Notes: generated by a model from the sequence alone, not told the origin. Numbered from the stretch's first letter, positions 19,162 through 30,107 are shown. The stretch is 64,000 nt of DNA from Pseudomonadota bacterium (GCA_027624315.1 JAQBXX010000002.1:7852-71851), one strand, 5' to 3'. Numbers and translations are program-made.

Positions 19162-19941
19162 ATGACATCGCACCCGTTCAGCAATCCGCGCGGCATGTTC
19201 ACCCTGTTCTGGAAGGAGGTGTGGCGTTTCCTGAAGGTTACCGTGCAGACGCTGCTCACACCCATCATGATCTCGCTGCTGTATCTACTGATCTTCAAAC
19301 AGGTGCTGGAGGAGCATGTGGAGGTCTACAGCGGCATCAGCTACACCGCGTTTCTGGTGCCCGGCCTTGTCATGATGGCCGTGATCCAGAACGCCTACGC
19401 CAACACCTCTTCCAGTCTGATTCAATCCAAGGTCAACGGCAGTCTGGTATTCGTGCTGCTGGCGCCGATTTCCAGCCTCGAGTTTTATCTCGCCTATGTC
19501 GGCGCCGCCATGCTGCGCGGTCTGCTGGTGGGCGCGGGCGTGTATCTCGCAGCGCTTGGCTTTACCGATCTACCCATTACGCATATCGGCGGCATGATTG
19601 CGTTCGCGCTGCTCGCAAGCCTGGTGCTGGGCGCGCTCGGCATCATCACGGCGATTCTTGCCGACACCTATGAACAGCTCTCCGCGCTGCAAAATTTTAT
19701 TATCCTGCCGTTGTCCTTTCTGAGCGGTGTGTTTTACTCCATTCATGACCTGCCGCCGCTGTGGCACGACATATCGCGCCTGAATCCGTTTTTCTACATG
19801 ATCGACGGCTTCCGCTACAGCGTGCTCGGCGTGTCCGACGTCGCGCCGGCACTGAGCCTCGGCATCACCTTCGGTTTTGCCGCACTGCTCAGCGCCGCGT
19901 GCCTGTTTTTACTTAAAAAAGGTTACAAAATCCGCGCTTAA
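19162..19941 (+). CDS. ABC-2 type transporter permease
   Basis: Start at MTSHPFSNPRGMFTLFWKEVWRFLKV (the ABC-2 N-terminus), with 6 TM segments. It is the partner of the upstream ATPase. Confidence 0.8.
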   Translation: MTSHPFSNPRGMFTLFWKEVWRFLKVTVQTLLTPIMISLLYLLIFKQVLEEHVEVYSGISYTAFLVPGLVMMAVIQNAYANTSSSLIQSKVNGSLVFVLLAPISSLEFYLAYVGAAMLRGLLVGAGVYLAALGFTDLPITHIGGMIAFALLASLVLGALGIITAILADTYEQLSALQNFIILPLSFLSGVFYSIHDLPPLWHDISRLNPFFYMIDGFRYSVLGVSDVAPALSLGITFGFAALLSAACLFLLKKGYKIRA

Positions 19942-19946
19942 ACGGT

Positions 19947-20195
19947 ATGCTAACGTCCCATCCAGAGCCCGTACTTATGGACGCCGACACCATCAAACGC
20001 ATGATCGAAACCGGGCTGCCGGGAAGCCAGGCCCACGTCAGCGGCGCGGACGGCACCCACTTCGAGGCCGTCGTGATCAGCGCCGCCTTTCAGGGCAAAA
20101 CCACACTGCAACAGCATCGTATGGTCTACGCCACACTCGGCGACAATATGCAGTCTGCGATCCACGCACTTTCCCTGCGCACCAGTACACCTTAA
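19947..20195 (+). CDS. ibaG: BolA-family protein (IbaG/YrbA-like)
   Basis: 82 aa with the BolA motif and a position between the mla operon and murA, as in E. coli mlaFEDCB-ibaG-murA. Confidence 0.75.
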   Translation: MLTSHPEPVLMDADTIKRMIETGLPGSQAHVSGADGTHFEAVVISAAFQGKTTLQQHRMVYATLGDNMQSAIHALSLRTSTP

Positions 20196-20247
20196 AGTGC
20201 TCACTACTGCGTCACTCCCTGGCTTGCTGTTCATTATTGCATTTTAA

Positions 20248-21510
<1,263 letters not shown>

Positions 21511-21519
21511 AAACAGAGA

Positions 21520-21610
21520 AAAAAGGCAAGAGACAAGTGGAAAGCATTATCGAGCATGCCTTCAACTTTTCTCTTGCCTCTTGTATCTTTTCTCTTGTTA
21601 GTCGAGCATG
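21520..21610. repeat. REP-like element, family C (CTCTTGCCTCTTGTATCTTTTCTCTTG plus an inverted partner)
   Basis: The murA-hisG spacer. Related copies are at 4860-4900 and 61880-61920. Confidence 0.4.
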
Positions 21611-21614
21611 AGAT

Positions 21615-22256
21615 ATGACAAGTAACACCCTGACCATCGCCCTGTCCAAAGGCCGCCTCTTCAAGGAGGCGCTGCCGCTGCTCGCGCACGCGGGCATCAT
21701 ACCCAAGGACGATCCTGACACCAGCCGTAAACTGATTCTGGATACCAATCAGGCCGACGTGAAACTGGTCATCATCCGCGCTGCCGACGTGCCTACCTAC
21801 GTCGAATACGGTGCAGCGGATATCGGTGTCGCTGGTAAGGACGTGCTCATGGAGCACGGCGGCGACGGACTGTATGAACCGCTGGATTTGAAGATTGCGC
21901 GCTGCCGCATGATGGTGGCGGGCAGACCCGCCGCCGCCGATCACGCGCGGCGCCTGCGCATCGCCACCAAATATGTCGACATCACGCGCCGTTATTACGC
22001 CGCACAGGGCGTGCAGGTCGAAATCATCAAGCTCTACGGTTCGATGGAGCTTGCGCCGCTCGTCGGCCTCGCCGACCGCATCGTCGATCTGGTGGACACC
22101 GGCAACACACTGAAGGCGAACGGTCTGCAAGCGCTGGAACACATCGCCGACATCAGCGCGCGCCTCATCGTCAACAAGGCCGCGATGAAAATGAAACACG
22201 TGCAGATCAAGAAACTCATCGCACTCCTGTCGGCAGCGGTGGCAGGCAACAAGTAG
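21615..22256 (+). CDS. hisG: ATP phosphoribosyltransferase, short form (213 aa)
   Basis: [10 protein letters not shown]...[16 protein letters not shown]. It lacks the C-terminal regulatory domain, so it is the HisZ-dependent type. Confidence 0.9.
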   Translation: MTSNTLTIALSKGRLFKEALPLLAHAGIIPKDDPDTSRKLILDTNQADVKLVIIRAADVPTYVEYGAADIGVAGKDVLMEHGGDGLYEPLDLKIARCRMMVAGRPAAADHARRLRIATKYVDITRRYYAAQGVQVEIIKLYGSMELAPLVGLADRIVDLVDTGNTLKANGLQALEHIADISARLIVNKAAMKMKHVQIKKLIALLSAAVAGNK

Positions 22257-22267
22257 CACGCAATAAC

Positions 22268-23560
22268 ATGCAACGCCTGGACAGCAGCCACCCGGATTTC
22301 CGCGCCCGACTGGAAAAACTTCTGGCGTGGGAAGAGGTCGCGGATGAAGACGTCGCGCGCTCGGTGCGCGAGATCGTGCATGCGGTGCGCACGCGCGGCG
22401 ACGCCGCGCTGCTTGAATACACCGCACGCTTCGATCAGGTCACGGCGCGCTCGGTGCACGAACTGGAAATCCCCAAGGCGCGTATGCAGGCGGCACTCGC
22501 CGCGTTGCCGCAGGTGCAGCATGACGCGCTGACGGCAGCGGCAGAGCGCATTCGCCGTTATCACGAGCATCAGAAAGCGCAGTCCTGGTCTTACCGCGAA
22601 GCCGACGGCACCCTGCTCGGCCAGCAGATCACGGCGCTGGATCGCGTCGGCCTGTATGTGCCCGGCGGCAAGGCGGCCTACCCCTCATCGGTGCTGATGA
22701 ACGCACTCCCCGCCCGGATCGCAGGCGTCGGCGAACTTATCATGGTGGTGCCGACACCGCACGGTGTGGTGAACGATCTGGTGCTCGCCGCAGCGGCCGT
22801 CGCCAACGTCGACCGCGTGTTCACCCTCGGCGGCGCGCAGGCGGTTGCGGCGCTCGCCTATGGCACGGAGACCGTCCCGCGCGTGGACAAGATCGTCGGC
22901 CCCGGCAACATCTACGTCGCCAGCGCCAAACGTCTGGTGTTCGGCGCGGTCGGCATCGACATGATTGCGGGGCCGTCGGAAATTCTGGTGATCTGCGATG
23001 GTGACGCCGACCCCGACTGGATCGCCATGGACCTGTTTTCCCAAGCCGAGCACGACGAGCAGGCGCAGGCATTGCTGCTCAGCCCCGACCGCGCATTCCT
23101 CGACCGGGTGGCGGCCAGCATCGAGCGCCTGCTGCCTACGCTGGAGCGCGCCGAGATCATCCGCCGCGCACTGGATGCGCGCGGCGCGCTCATCCAGGTG
23201 CGCGACCTCGACGAGGCCGTGGAGCTCGCCAATTTCATCGCGCCGGAACATCTGGAGCTGGTGGTAGACAACGCGGAGCAGTGGGCGACGCGCATCCGTC
23301 ACGCCGGCGCGATCTTCATGGGCCGCTACACGCCGGAGACTATCGGCGATTACTGCGCGGGCCCCAATCACGTGCTCCCCACCTCGCGCACGGCGCGCTT
23401 CAGCTCGCCGCTCGGCGTGTACGATTTCCAGAAGCGCAGCAGCCTGATCCAGTGCTCGGCCAGCGGCGCCGCTGAACTGGGCAAGATCGCATCGGTGCTT
23501 GCACGCGGTGAAGGTTTGACGGCACACGCGCGTTCGGCTGAGTTCAGATTAAAATCGTAG
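22268..23560 (+). CDS. hisD: Histidinol dehydrogenase
   Basis: 430 aa with conserved Zn/NAD-binding regions ([25 protein letters not shown]). Confidence 0.95.
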   Translation: MQRLDSSHPDFRARLEKLLAWEEVADEDVARSVREIVHAVRTRGDAALLEYTARFDQVTARSVHELEIPKARMQAALAALPQVQHDALTAAAERIRRYHEHQKAQSWSYREADGTLLGQQITALDRVGLYVPGGKAAYPSSVLMNALPARIAGVGELIMVVPTPHGVVNDLVLAAAAVANVDRVFTLGGAQAVAALAYGTETVPRVDKIVGPGNIYVASAKRLVFGAVGIDMIAGPSEILVICDGDADPDWIAMDLFSQAEHDEQAQALLLSPDRAFLDRVAASIERLLPTLERAEIIRRALDARGALIQVRDLDEAVELANFIAPEHLELVVDNAEQWATRIRHAGAIFMGRYTPETIGDYCAGPNHVLPTSRTARFSSPLGVYDFQKRSSLIQCSASGAAELGKIASVLARGEGLTAHARSAEFRLKS

Positions 23561-23564
23561 CGGT

Positions 23565-23660
23565 GCCAAACTCACTTAACAACTCAACGCAAAGACGCCC
23601 AGACGCCAAGAAAATTCTTTTCACTTTGCGTCCTTTGCGACTTTGCGTCTTTGCGTTCTG
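23565..23660. repeat. REP-like hairpin element, family B (second copy)
   Basis: CAACGCAAAGACGCCCAGACGCCAAGAAAAT...TTTGCGACTTTGCGTCTTTGCGTT, in the hisD-hisC spacer. Confidence 0.5.
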
Positions 23661-23666
23661 TCTTTC

Positions 23667-24752
23667 ATGAAAGAAACCATCGCTGGAAAAGTGGCACAAC
23701 TCATCCGCCCCGAGATACGCGCGCTTTCCGCTTATCACGTGGCCGAGGCGCGCGGGCTCATCAAGCTCGATGCGATGGAGAACCCCTATACCTGGCCGCC
23801 GGAAATCATCGACGCCTGGCTGGCGCGGCTGCGTGATGTGCCGCTCAACCGCTACCCTGACCCGGCGGCGCAGGCACTGCGCGACCGCCTCAAAACCAGC
23901 ATGGCGGTGCCGGAGGGCTATGACGTTCTGCTCGGTAACGGTTCGGATGAATTGATACAGATGATTGCGCTCGCGCTTAACGGGCCGCGACGCGCGCTGC
24001 TCACACCCGAACCGGGTTTCTCGATGTACCGTATGATTGCTGTTTTTGCTGGGCTGGATTACATCGGCGTGCCGCTGCGCAGCGACTTCGCTCTCGACCG
24101 CGCGGCGATGCTGAGCGCCATCGAGCAGCATCAACCCGCCGTGGTGTTCCTCGCCTGTCCCAACAACCCCACCGGCAACCTGTTCGATGACGACACCGTG
24201 CGCGCAGTGATCGAAGCCGCCCCCGGCCTCGTGGTAGTGGATGAGGCCTATCACGCATTCGCCAACCGCAGTTGGATGGCGCAATTGCCGAGTTACCCCA
24301 ACCTGCTGGTGATGCGCACCCTGTCGAAGATGGGGCTCGCCGGGCTGCGCCTCGGCCTGCTTGCAGGGCACCCGCAGTGGCTGGATGAGTTCAACAAAAT
24401 ACGTCTGCCGTATAACATCAACGTGCTCACACAGGCCAGCGCGGAATTCGCGCTCGAACACTCCGGCCTGCTGGAAGAACAGGCCACGCGCATCCGCAGC
24501 GGGCGCGAGCAACTCATGCGTGCCCTGCAGGCGCTGCCCGACCTCACAGTGTCTCCGAGCCAGGCCAATTTCATTCTGTTCCGCACCCCGCGCGGGCGCG
24601 CGACCGCCCTGTTTGAGGCCCTCAGGCACGCCGGCGTCCTGATCAAAAATCTGCACGGCTCCAGCAGCACGCTTGATGACTGCCTGCGCGTCACCGTGGG
24701 CACGGAACAAGAAAACACCGCTTTCCTGACGGCCTTGCGCGCAGCACTATAA
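23667..24752 (+). CDS. hisC: Histidinol-phosphate aminotransferase
   Basis: Start at MKETIAGKVAQLIRPEIRALSAYHV. A class II aminotransferase with the PLP-lysine region (RTLSKMGLAGLRLG). Confidence 0.9.
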   Translation: MKETIAGKVAQLIRPEIRALSAYHVAEARGLIKLDAMENPYTWPPEIIDAWLARLRDVPLNRYPDPAAQALRDRLKTSMAVPEGYDVLLGNGSDELIQMIALALNGPRRALLTPEPGFSMYRMIAVFAGLDYIGVPLRSDFALDRAAMLSAIEQHQPAVVFLACPNNPTGNLFDDDTVRAVIEAAPGLVVVDEAYHAFANRSWMAQLPSYPNLLVMRTLSKMGLAGLRLGLLAGHPQWLDEFNKIRLPYNINVLTQASAEFALEHSGLLEEQATRIRSGREQLMRALQALPDLTVSPSQANFILFRTPRGRATALFEALRHAGVLIKNLHGSSSTLDDCLRVTVGTEQENTAFLTALRAAL

Positions 24753-24808
24753 GACTACAAGTGAATTCACTGCTATAATTTACCCAAGTCTCTAAACGAA
24801 CCATCCCC

Positions 24809-25402
24809 ATGTCCGAGCGCAAGGCAAGCGTAAAGCGCGGCACACTCGAAACCAATATCGAGGCCACCGTCAATCTGGACGGCAGCGGCGAGTCGCGCCT
24901 GCACACCGGCATCGGCTTTCTTGACCACATGCTCGATCAGGTTGCCCGTCACGGGCTGATCGACATCGCCCTTCAGGCAAAGGGCGATCTGCACATCGAC
25001 GCGCACCACACGGTGGAAGACATCGGCATCACCCTGGGTCAGGCGTTTGTGAAGGCGCTGGGCGACAAACAGGGCATCCGCCGTTACGGCCACGCCTACG
25101 TGCCGCTGGACGAGGCGCTGTCGCGCGTGGTGATCGATTTCTCCGGCCGCCCGGAGCTCGACTACCACGTCGACTATCCGCGCGCGCGCATCGGCGAGTT
25201 CGATGTCGATCTGCTGCACGAGTTTTTCCAGGGTTTCGCCAATCACGCGATGGTCACGCTGCACATCGACAGTCTGCGCGGAAAGAACGCACACCACATC
25301 GCCGAGACCATATTCAAGGCGTTTGGGCGCGCGGTGCGCATGGCCGTGGAGCGCGATGAACGTATGCAGGGGAAACTGCCCTCCACCAAAGGGTCGCTCT
25401 AA
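24809..25402 (+). CDS. hisB: Imidazoleglycerol-phosphate dehydratase
   Basis: 197 aa with IGPD motifs ([12 protein letters not shown], histidine-rich metal sites). Confidence 0.9.
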   Translation: MSERKASVKRGTLETNIEATVNLDGSGESRLHTGIGFLDHMLDQVARHGLIDIALQAKGDLHIDAHHTVEDIGITLGQAFVKALGDKQGIRRYGHAYVPLDEALSRVVIDFSGRPELDYHVDYPRARIGEFDVDLLHEFFQGFANHAMVTLHIDSLRGKNAHHIAETIFKAFGRAVRMAVERDERMQGKLPSTKGSL

Positions 25403-25450
25403 CGCACCATATCCCTTGCCTGCATTCCCGATGCACGCTCTATTGAATCA

Positions 25451-26104
25451 TTGATCATGAATGACGTTGCCGTCATCGACTACGGTATGGGTAACCTGCG
25501 CTCCGTCGCCAAGGCGCTGGAACACGTCGCGCAGAAAGATACGCGCGTGGTGATCAGCAACGATCCGCGGCAAATCATGAATGCCGCACGCGTCGTATTT
25601 CCCGGCCAAGGGGCCATGCGCGACTGCATGAAGGAACTGCAACGGCTGGAGCTCGACGCAGTGGTGCGCGAGTGCGTGAAAAATAAACCATTCCTTGGCA
25701 TCTGCATGGGCATGCAGGTGCTGCTCGACTCCAGCGAGGAAAACAATGGCTGGCCCGGCCTCGGCATCGTGCAGGGCAAAGTACTGCGCTTCGCCGACGA
25801 CATGACCGACGCCGCAGGCGCGCGCCTCAAGGTGCCGCACATGGGCTGGAACCAGGTGCGTCAGGCCCGCGCACATGCCTTGTGGCAGGGTATTCCTGAT
25901 CAGAGCCGGTTTTATTTCGTGCACAGTTATTATGCGCAACCGTCCGATCACAACCTGGTGGCCGGACTCACCTCTTATCCCGCCGAATTCACCTCGGCCA
26001 TTGCACGCGACAACGTCTTCGCCGTGCAGTTTCACCCGGAAAAGAGCGAGCGCCACGGCCTTGCCCTGCTCAGCAATTTTTTACACTGGAATGGTACGGC
26101 CTAA
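25451..26104 (+). CDS. hisH: Imidazole glycerol phosphate synthase, glutaminase subunit
   Basis: Class I glutamine amidotransferase (GICMGMQ, HPEKS). Confidence 0.9.
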   Translation: MIMNDVAVIDYGMGNLRSVAKALEHVAQKDTRVVISNDPRQIMNAARVVFPGQGAMRDCMKELQRLELDAVVRECVKNKPFLGICMGMQVLLDSSEENNGWPGLGIVQGKVLRFADDMTDAAGARLKVPHMGWNQVRQARAHALWQGIPDQSRFYFVHSYYAQPSDHNLVAGLTSYPAEFTSAIARDNVFAVQFHPEKSERHGLALLSNFLHWNGTA

Positions 26105-26119
26105 CACGAGGATGCTTGT

Positions 26120-26866
26120 ATGCTGTTAATCCCCGCCATAGACCTTAAAGACGGAAAATGCGTGCGCCTGCGCCAGGGACGCATGGATGATGAAACAGTA
26201 TTTTCCGATGACCCGCTTAGCGTAGCCGCACGCTGGGTGGAACAGGGCGCGCGCCGCCTGCACATCGTGGACCTCAACGGCGCACTGGCCGGCAAGCCGG
26301 TCAACGCCGAGGTGATCCACCGCATTGCGCGCACTTATCCCGATCTGCCGATCCAGGTCGGTGGTGGCATCCGCGATGAGGACACCATCCAGGCCTATCT
26401 CGACGCCGGCGTGAGCTACGCCATCATCGGCACCAAGGCCGTCAGCGTGCCGCACTTCGTTGCCGACATGTGCCTGGAATTTCCCGGCCACATCATCGTC
26501 GGGCTCGATGTAAAAGACGGCAAGGTGGCCATCGACGGCTGGTCCAAGCTTTCCAATCACGATGTGATTGACCTCGCGCAGCACTTCGAAAAGGACGGCG
26601 TTGAGGCGATCATCTACACCGACATCGGGCGCGACGGCATGTTGCATGGCGTGAACATTGAGTCCACCGTGGCGCTTGCGCGCGCCGTCACCATCCCGGT
26701 CATCGCCTCCGGCGGCATCACCAACCTCGACGACATCCGCGCACTGTGCAAGGTGGCACATGAGGGCATCATGGGCGCGATCACCGGGCGTGCGATTTAC
26801 GAAGGCACGCTGGACTTCAAAGCAGGCCAGAAACTGGCCGATAAATTGTCTAAAAAACGAGGGTAG
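26120..26866 (+). CDS. hisA: ProFAR isomerase (1-(5-phosphoribosyl)-5-[(5-phosphoribosylamino)methylideneamino]imidazole-4-carboxamide isomerase)
   Basis: [17 protein letters not shown]...[10 protein letters not shown], a TIM-barrel HisA. Confidence 0.9.
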   Translation: MLLIPAIDLKDGKCVRLRQGRMDDETVFSDDPLSVAARWVEQGARRLHIVDLNGALAGKPVNAEVIHRIARTYPDLPIQVGGGIRDEDTIQAYLDAGVSYAIIGTKAVSVPHFVADMCLEFPGHIIVGLDVKDGKVAIDGWSKLSNHDVIDLAQHFEKDGVEAIIYTDIGRDGMLHGVNIESTVALARAVTIPVIASGGITNLDDIRALCKVAHEGIMGAITGRAIYEGTLDFKAGQKLADKLSKKRG

Positions 26867-26892
26867 GGCCGAATTCATTCGGCCTACAGTTC

Positions 26893-27723
26893 ATGGGTCT
26901 AGCCAAACGCATCATCCCCTGCCTGGACGTGGACAACGGCCGTGTCGTCAAGGGCGTGCGCTTTGTGGAACTGCGCGACGCGGGCGATCCGGTGGAGATC
27001 GCACAGCGCTATAACGACGCCGGCGCCGACGAGCTGACCTTTCTCGACATCACCGCCAGCTCCGACGAGCGCGCCACCATGCTCCACGTGGTCGAAGAAG
27101 TCGCCAGCCGGGTATTCATTCCGCTCACCGTCGGCGGTGGCATCCGCAGCATCAGTGACATCCGGCGCATGCTCAACGCCGGCGCCGACAAGGTAGGCAT
27201 CAACACCGCCGCAGTTGCCAACCCGGAATTCGTCAAAGAAGCCGCCGAGCGCTTCGGCTCACAGTGCATTGTGGTGGCGGTGGACGCCAAACAAATCCCC
27301 CGGCCTACGGCCACCCCCTTTTTAAAGGGGGTCGAGCAAAGCGAGGGGGGATTTGGTTGCAACGGGGGGATTTCGCGCTGGGAGGTCTTCACCCACGGCG
27401 GCCGCAAAGCCACCGGCATTGACGTGATTGAGTGGGCGAAAAAGATGACGGATTACGGCGCAGGCGAAATCCTCCTCACCAGCATGGACCGCGACGGCAC
27501 CAAGAGCGGCTTCGACATCGCACTCACGCGCGCCGTGAGCGAGGCGGTAAGCGTGCCGGTGATCGCCTCCGGTGGCGTCGGCAACCTCGACCATCTGGTC
27601 GCAGGCATTCTGGAAGGCAAGGCCGACGCCGTACTCGCCGCCAGCATCTTCCACTTCGGCGAGTACACCATCGCCCAGGCCAAGCAGCGCATGGCCGAAT
27701 GCGGCATTGAAGTCAGGATATAA
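26893..27723 (+). CDS. hisF: Imidazole glycerol phosphate synthase, cyclase subunit, carrying a ~20-aa in-frame insertion encoded by a MITE-like repeat
   Basis: [19 protein letters not shown]...[11 protein letters not shown]. 276 aa versus about 255 aa typical. The extra segment [28 protein letters not shown] lies between the conserved DAK and RWEVFTHGG. Confidence 0.9.
   Translation: MGLAKRIIPCLDVDNGRVVKGVRFVELRDAGDPVEIAQRYNDAGADELTFLDITASSDERATMLHVVEEVASRVFIPLTVGGGIRSISDIRRMLNAGADKVGINTAAVANPEFVKEAAERFGSQCIVVAVDAKQIPRPTATPFLKGVEQSEGGFGCNGGISRWEVFTHGGRKATGIDVIEWAKKMTDYGAGEILLTSMDRDGTKSGFDIALTRAVSEAVSVPVIASGGVGNLDHLVAGILEGKADAVLAASIFHFGEYTIAQAKQRMAECGIEVRI
27292..27355. repeat. 64-bp MITE/REP-like palindromic element, same family as 2562-2628, inserted in-frame within hisF
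   Basis: CAAATCCCCCGGCCTACGGCCACCCCCTTTTTAAAGGGGGTCGAGCAAAGCGAGGGGGGATTTG is almost identical to the intergenic copy downstream of mpl, including the terminal inverted repeats. Confidence 0.6.
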
Positions 27724-27867
27724 AAAGACCTCGGCCTGCCCCGCTACGCCTGCTGCGACTGTTTTTTTGAAGCCTGTGTTATTACAGTGCTTGGCCCCAA
27801 AGCGAAGCACCTGATAACATCAAAATACAAGATGTGATCCCTGTGAGCTCGATAACGAGAAGTCCCC

Positions 27868-29556
27868 ATGACCGACACTCTACAAGCTACTCCAGCCATT
27901 CAGCCTGAGAAACCTGTGCTGTTGCAACCGGACAATCACAACAAGAAATATGAAGCACTCTTCGTGGAGATCGACACCGGCCAGATCAAGCTTCCGATAT
28001 TCCAGCGCGAGTTTGTCTGGGAGAAGGAGCAGTCGGCCAAGCTGATTGATTCGATACTCAAAGGTTTCCCGATCGGCACTTTCATCTTCTGGAAAACCAA
28101 GGAGGAATTGCGCAGCTACAAAGAGGTGGGCAACCACAAGCTGCCAGAGACCCAACAGGGCGACTACGTGCAGTACATCTTGGACGGCCAGCAGCGCATT
28201 ACCTCTTTGTATGCGATCCGTAAGGGCATCCGCATTACCAAGGACGGCAAGGAGATCGACTACCGCGATATCTTCATCAATCTGGACCACGACCAGGAAA
28301 ACGATGAGCAGATAGTAGTGACGGAGAGGCAGGAAGAGAAGCGTTATTTGTCGGTGCATCGGTTACTGACCAGCCAGGTCACGGATCTGCTGGATGATTT
28401 TCCCAGCCGTGAAACGCTCAAGCAGATCGAAGCCTACAAGGGCAAGCTGACCAACTACGATTTCTCAAGCATCACAATCAAGGATTACCCCATTGAGGTA
28501 GCTTGCGAGGTGTTTTCGCGAATCAATACTGGCGGCAAGGCGCTGACGGTGTTCGAGATCATGGTGGCCAAGACCTACGACGAGGCAAAGGGCTTTGACC
28601 TGGCGGAAAAATACGAGCTGCTGCGCGATGGTTCGGACGAGGAGAAGGAGTGCCTGGTGGCGGCCAAATTCGAGACGCTCCCTGAATCCATCATCATGCA
28701 ATGCGTGGCGGCGATCACGCTGAGAGCGGTGCGCAGCAAGGATATTCTGAAAATCCGTCGCGAGACCTTCATCGCCAACTGGGAGCCGATGAAGGCCGCG
28801 CTATTTATGGCCATCGATTTTCTTCGCTCGGAGTTGCGGGTGCCGGTTTCGCAGCTTGTGCCCTATCCCGCGCTGCTGGTTCCGCTGACCTATTTCTTCC
28901 ATGTCACCGGCAACAAGAAACCAGCCAACGAGCAGGCGCGCTTGCTGGAACAGCTATTCTACTGGGTGGGGCTGACCGAGCGTTATAGTTCCGCCACGGA
29001 ATCCAAGCTTGGCGAGGATTTCAACAAGATCGACAGCATCATCAAGGGCGCGACGCCGAATTATTCCAACCTTGAATTAACCGTGGATCCAAAGGTCATC
29101 GAGACAACACAGTTTTCAGCTGGCAATGCTTACTGCAAGGCGATTCTGTGCTTGCTGGCTTATCATCAGCCCAAGTCCTTTGATACCAATGGCATCGTGA
29201 TTCTTGACAACAGCAACCTGAAAATTGCTACCAGCCGCAACTATCATCACTTCTTCCCGAAGAAATATCTGGAGGAGCACCACAAGGGCAAGGAGCCGAA
29301 CCTCATCGCCAACATTACCCTGATCGATGGCTACTCGAACAAGCATCGCATCGGGAAGAAAGCGCCCAGCGAGTACATCGGGAAATTCGAGAAAGACAAC
29401 AAAGAGCTGGCCGATACGTTCAAGACGCATCTCATCAAGGATATGGATGGTTATGGGATCAGGTTGGACGACTATGAAAAATGTATCCAACAGCGGGCGA
29501 ATGCGATTGCCCTAGCCTTGAATGTGAAGCTGATGTCGATGACACCAGCCATGTAG
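27868..29556 (+). CDS. DUF262 (ParB/Srx-like, DGQQR) plus DUF1524 (His-Me finger/HNH-like) protein, a GmrSD-family type IV restriction endonuclease-like candidate defense gene
   Basis: 562 aa. N-terminal part: [32 protein letters not shown]...[14 protein letters not shown] (DUF262). C-terminal part: [11 protein letters not shown]...[19 protein letters not shown] (DUF1524). GC is about 50-53%, against about 65% in the flanking DNA. Confidence 0.8.
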   Translation: MTDTLQATPAIQPEKPVLLQPDNHNKKYEALFVEIDTGQIKLPIFQREFVWEKEQSAKLIDSILKGFPIGTFIFWKTKEELRSYKEVGNHKLPETQQGDYVQYILDGQQRITSLYAIRKGIRITKDGKEIDYRDIFINLDHDQENDEQIVVTERQEEKRYLSVHRLLTSQVTDLLDDFPSRETLKQIEAYKGKLTNYDFSSITIKDYPIEVACEVFSRINTGGKALTVFEIMVAKTYDEAKGFDLAEKYELLRDGSDEEKECLVAAKFETLPESIIMQCVAAITLRAVRSKDILKIRRETFIANWEPMKAALFMAIDFLRSELRVPVSQLVPYPALLVPLTYFFHVTGNKKPANEQARLLEQLFYWVGLTERYSSATESKLGEDFNKIDSIIKGATPNYSNLELTVDPKVIETTQFSAGNAYCKAILCLLAYHQPKSFDTNGIVILDNSNLKIATSRNYHHFFPKKYLEEHHKGKEPNLIANITLIDGYSNKHRIGKKAPSEYIGKFEKDNKELADTFKTHLIKDMDGYGIRLDDYEKCIQQRANAIALALNVKLMSMTPAM

Positions 29557-29630
29557 GGTGGGCACGTTTTTCTGCCCACGCGGAATCAAAACAGCGTGGG
29601 CAGGCGAAAGACCTGTCTGCCCACCCTACG
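29557..29630 (+). terminator. Two tandem GC-rich stem-loops (GTGGGCA..TGCCCAC and GTGGGCAG..CTGCCCAC), enclosed by a longer 12-bp pairing GTAGGGTGGGCA/TGCCCACCCTAC
   Basis: Immediately after the stop of the DUF262/DUF1524 gene. There is no clear U-tract, so it may be a rho-independent-like stabiliser or terminator. Confidence 0.4.
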
Positions 29631-29713
29631 TGGTTGATTGCAGATTGTGCTGGTGGACTTTAGCCACCCGCTGCCTGATACTTTATGGCCTTCAAACTTG
29701 CTTTAATCCGCCC

Positions 29714-30106
29714 ATGACACACGACTGGTTAGCTGAAATCCGCTGGGACGAGCAGGGCCTCGCGCCGGTGATTGTGCAGGAGGCTGCGAGCGGCAAGGTG
29801 CTGATGCTGGCCTGGATGAACCGCGCGGCGCTGGAAGAGACCGTGCGGCGGGGCGAGGCGGTGTATTGGTCGCGCTCGCGCCAGCGTCTGTGGCACAAGG
29901 GCGAAAGCTCCGGCCATGTGCAGCGGGTGAAGGATATCCGCCTCGACTGCGACGGCGATGCGCTGCTGCTCAGTGTGGAGCAGGAGGGCGGCATCGCCTG
30001 CCATACGGGCCGCCACAACTGCTTCTTCCACCGGCTTGAGGGCACGCGCTGGGTGGCGGTAGACCCGGTATTAAAGGACCCCAGCCTCATATATAATAAG
30101 GGCTGA
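29714..30106 (+). CDS. hisI: Phosphoribosyl-AMP cyclohydrolase
   Basis: Start at [23 protein letters not shown], with the metal-binding CHTG/C motifs. The longer track ORF (29558) begins upstream in non-coding hairpin DNA. Confidence 0.9.
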   Translation: MTHDWLAEIRWDEQGLAPVIVQEAASGKVLMLAWMNRAALEETVRRGEAVYWSRSRQRLWHKGESSGHVQRVKDIRLDCDGDALLLSVEQEGGIACHTGRHNCFFHRLEGTRWVAVDPVLKDPSLIYNKG

Positions 30107-30107
30107 G

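Noticed and set aside
23544-24710. 388-aa ORF on the - strand
   Set aside because: It is antisense to hisC.
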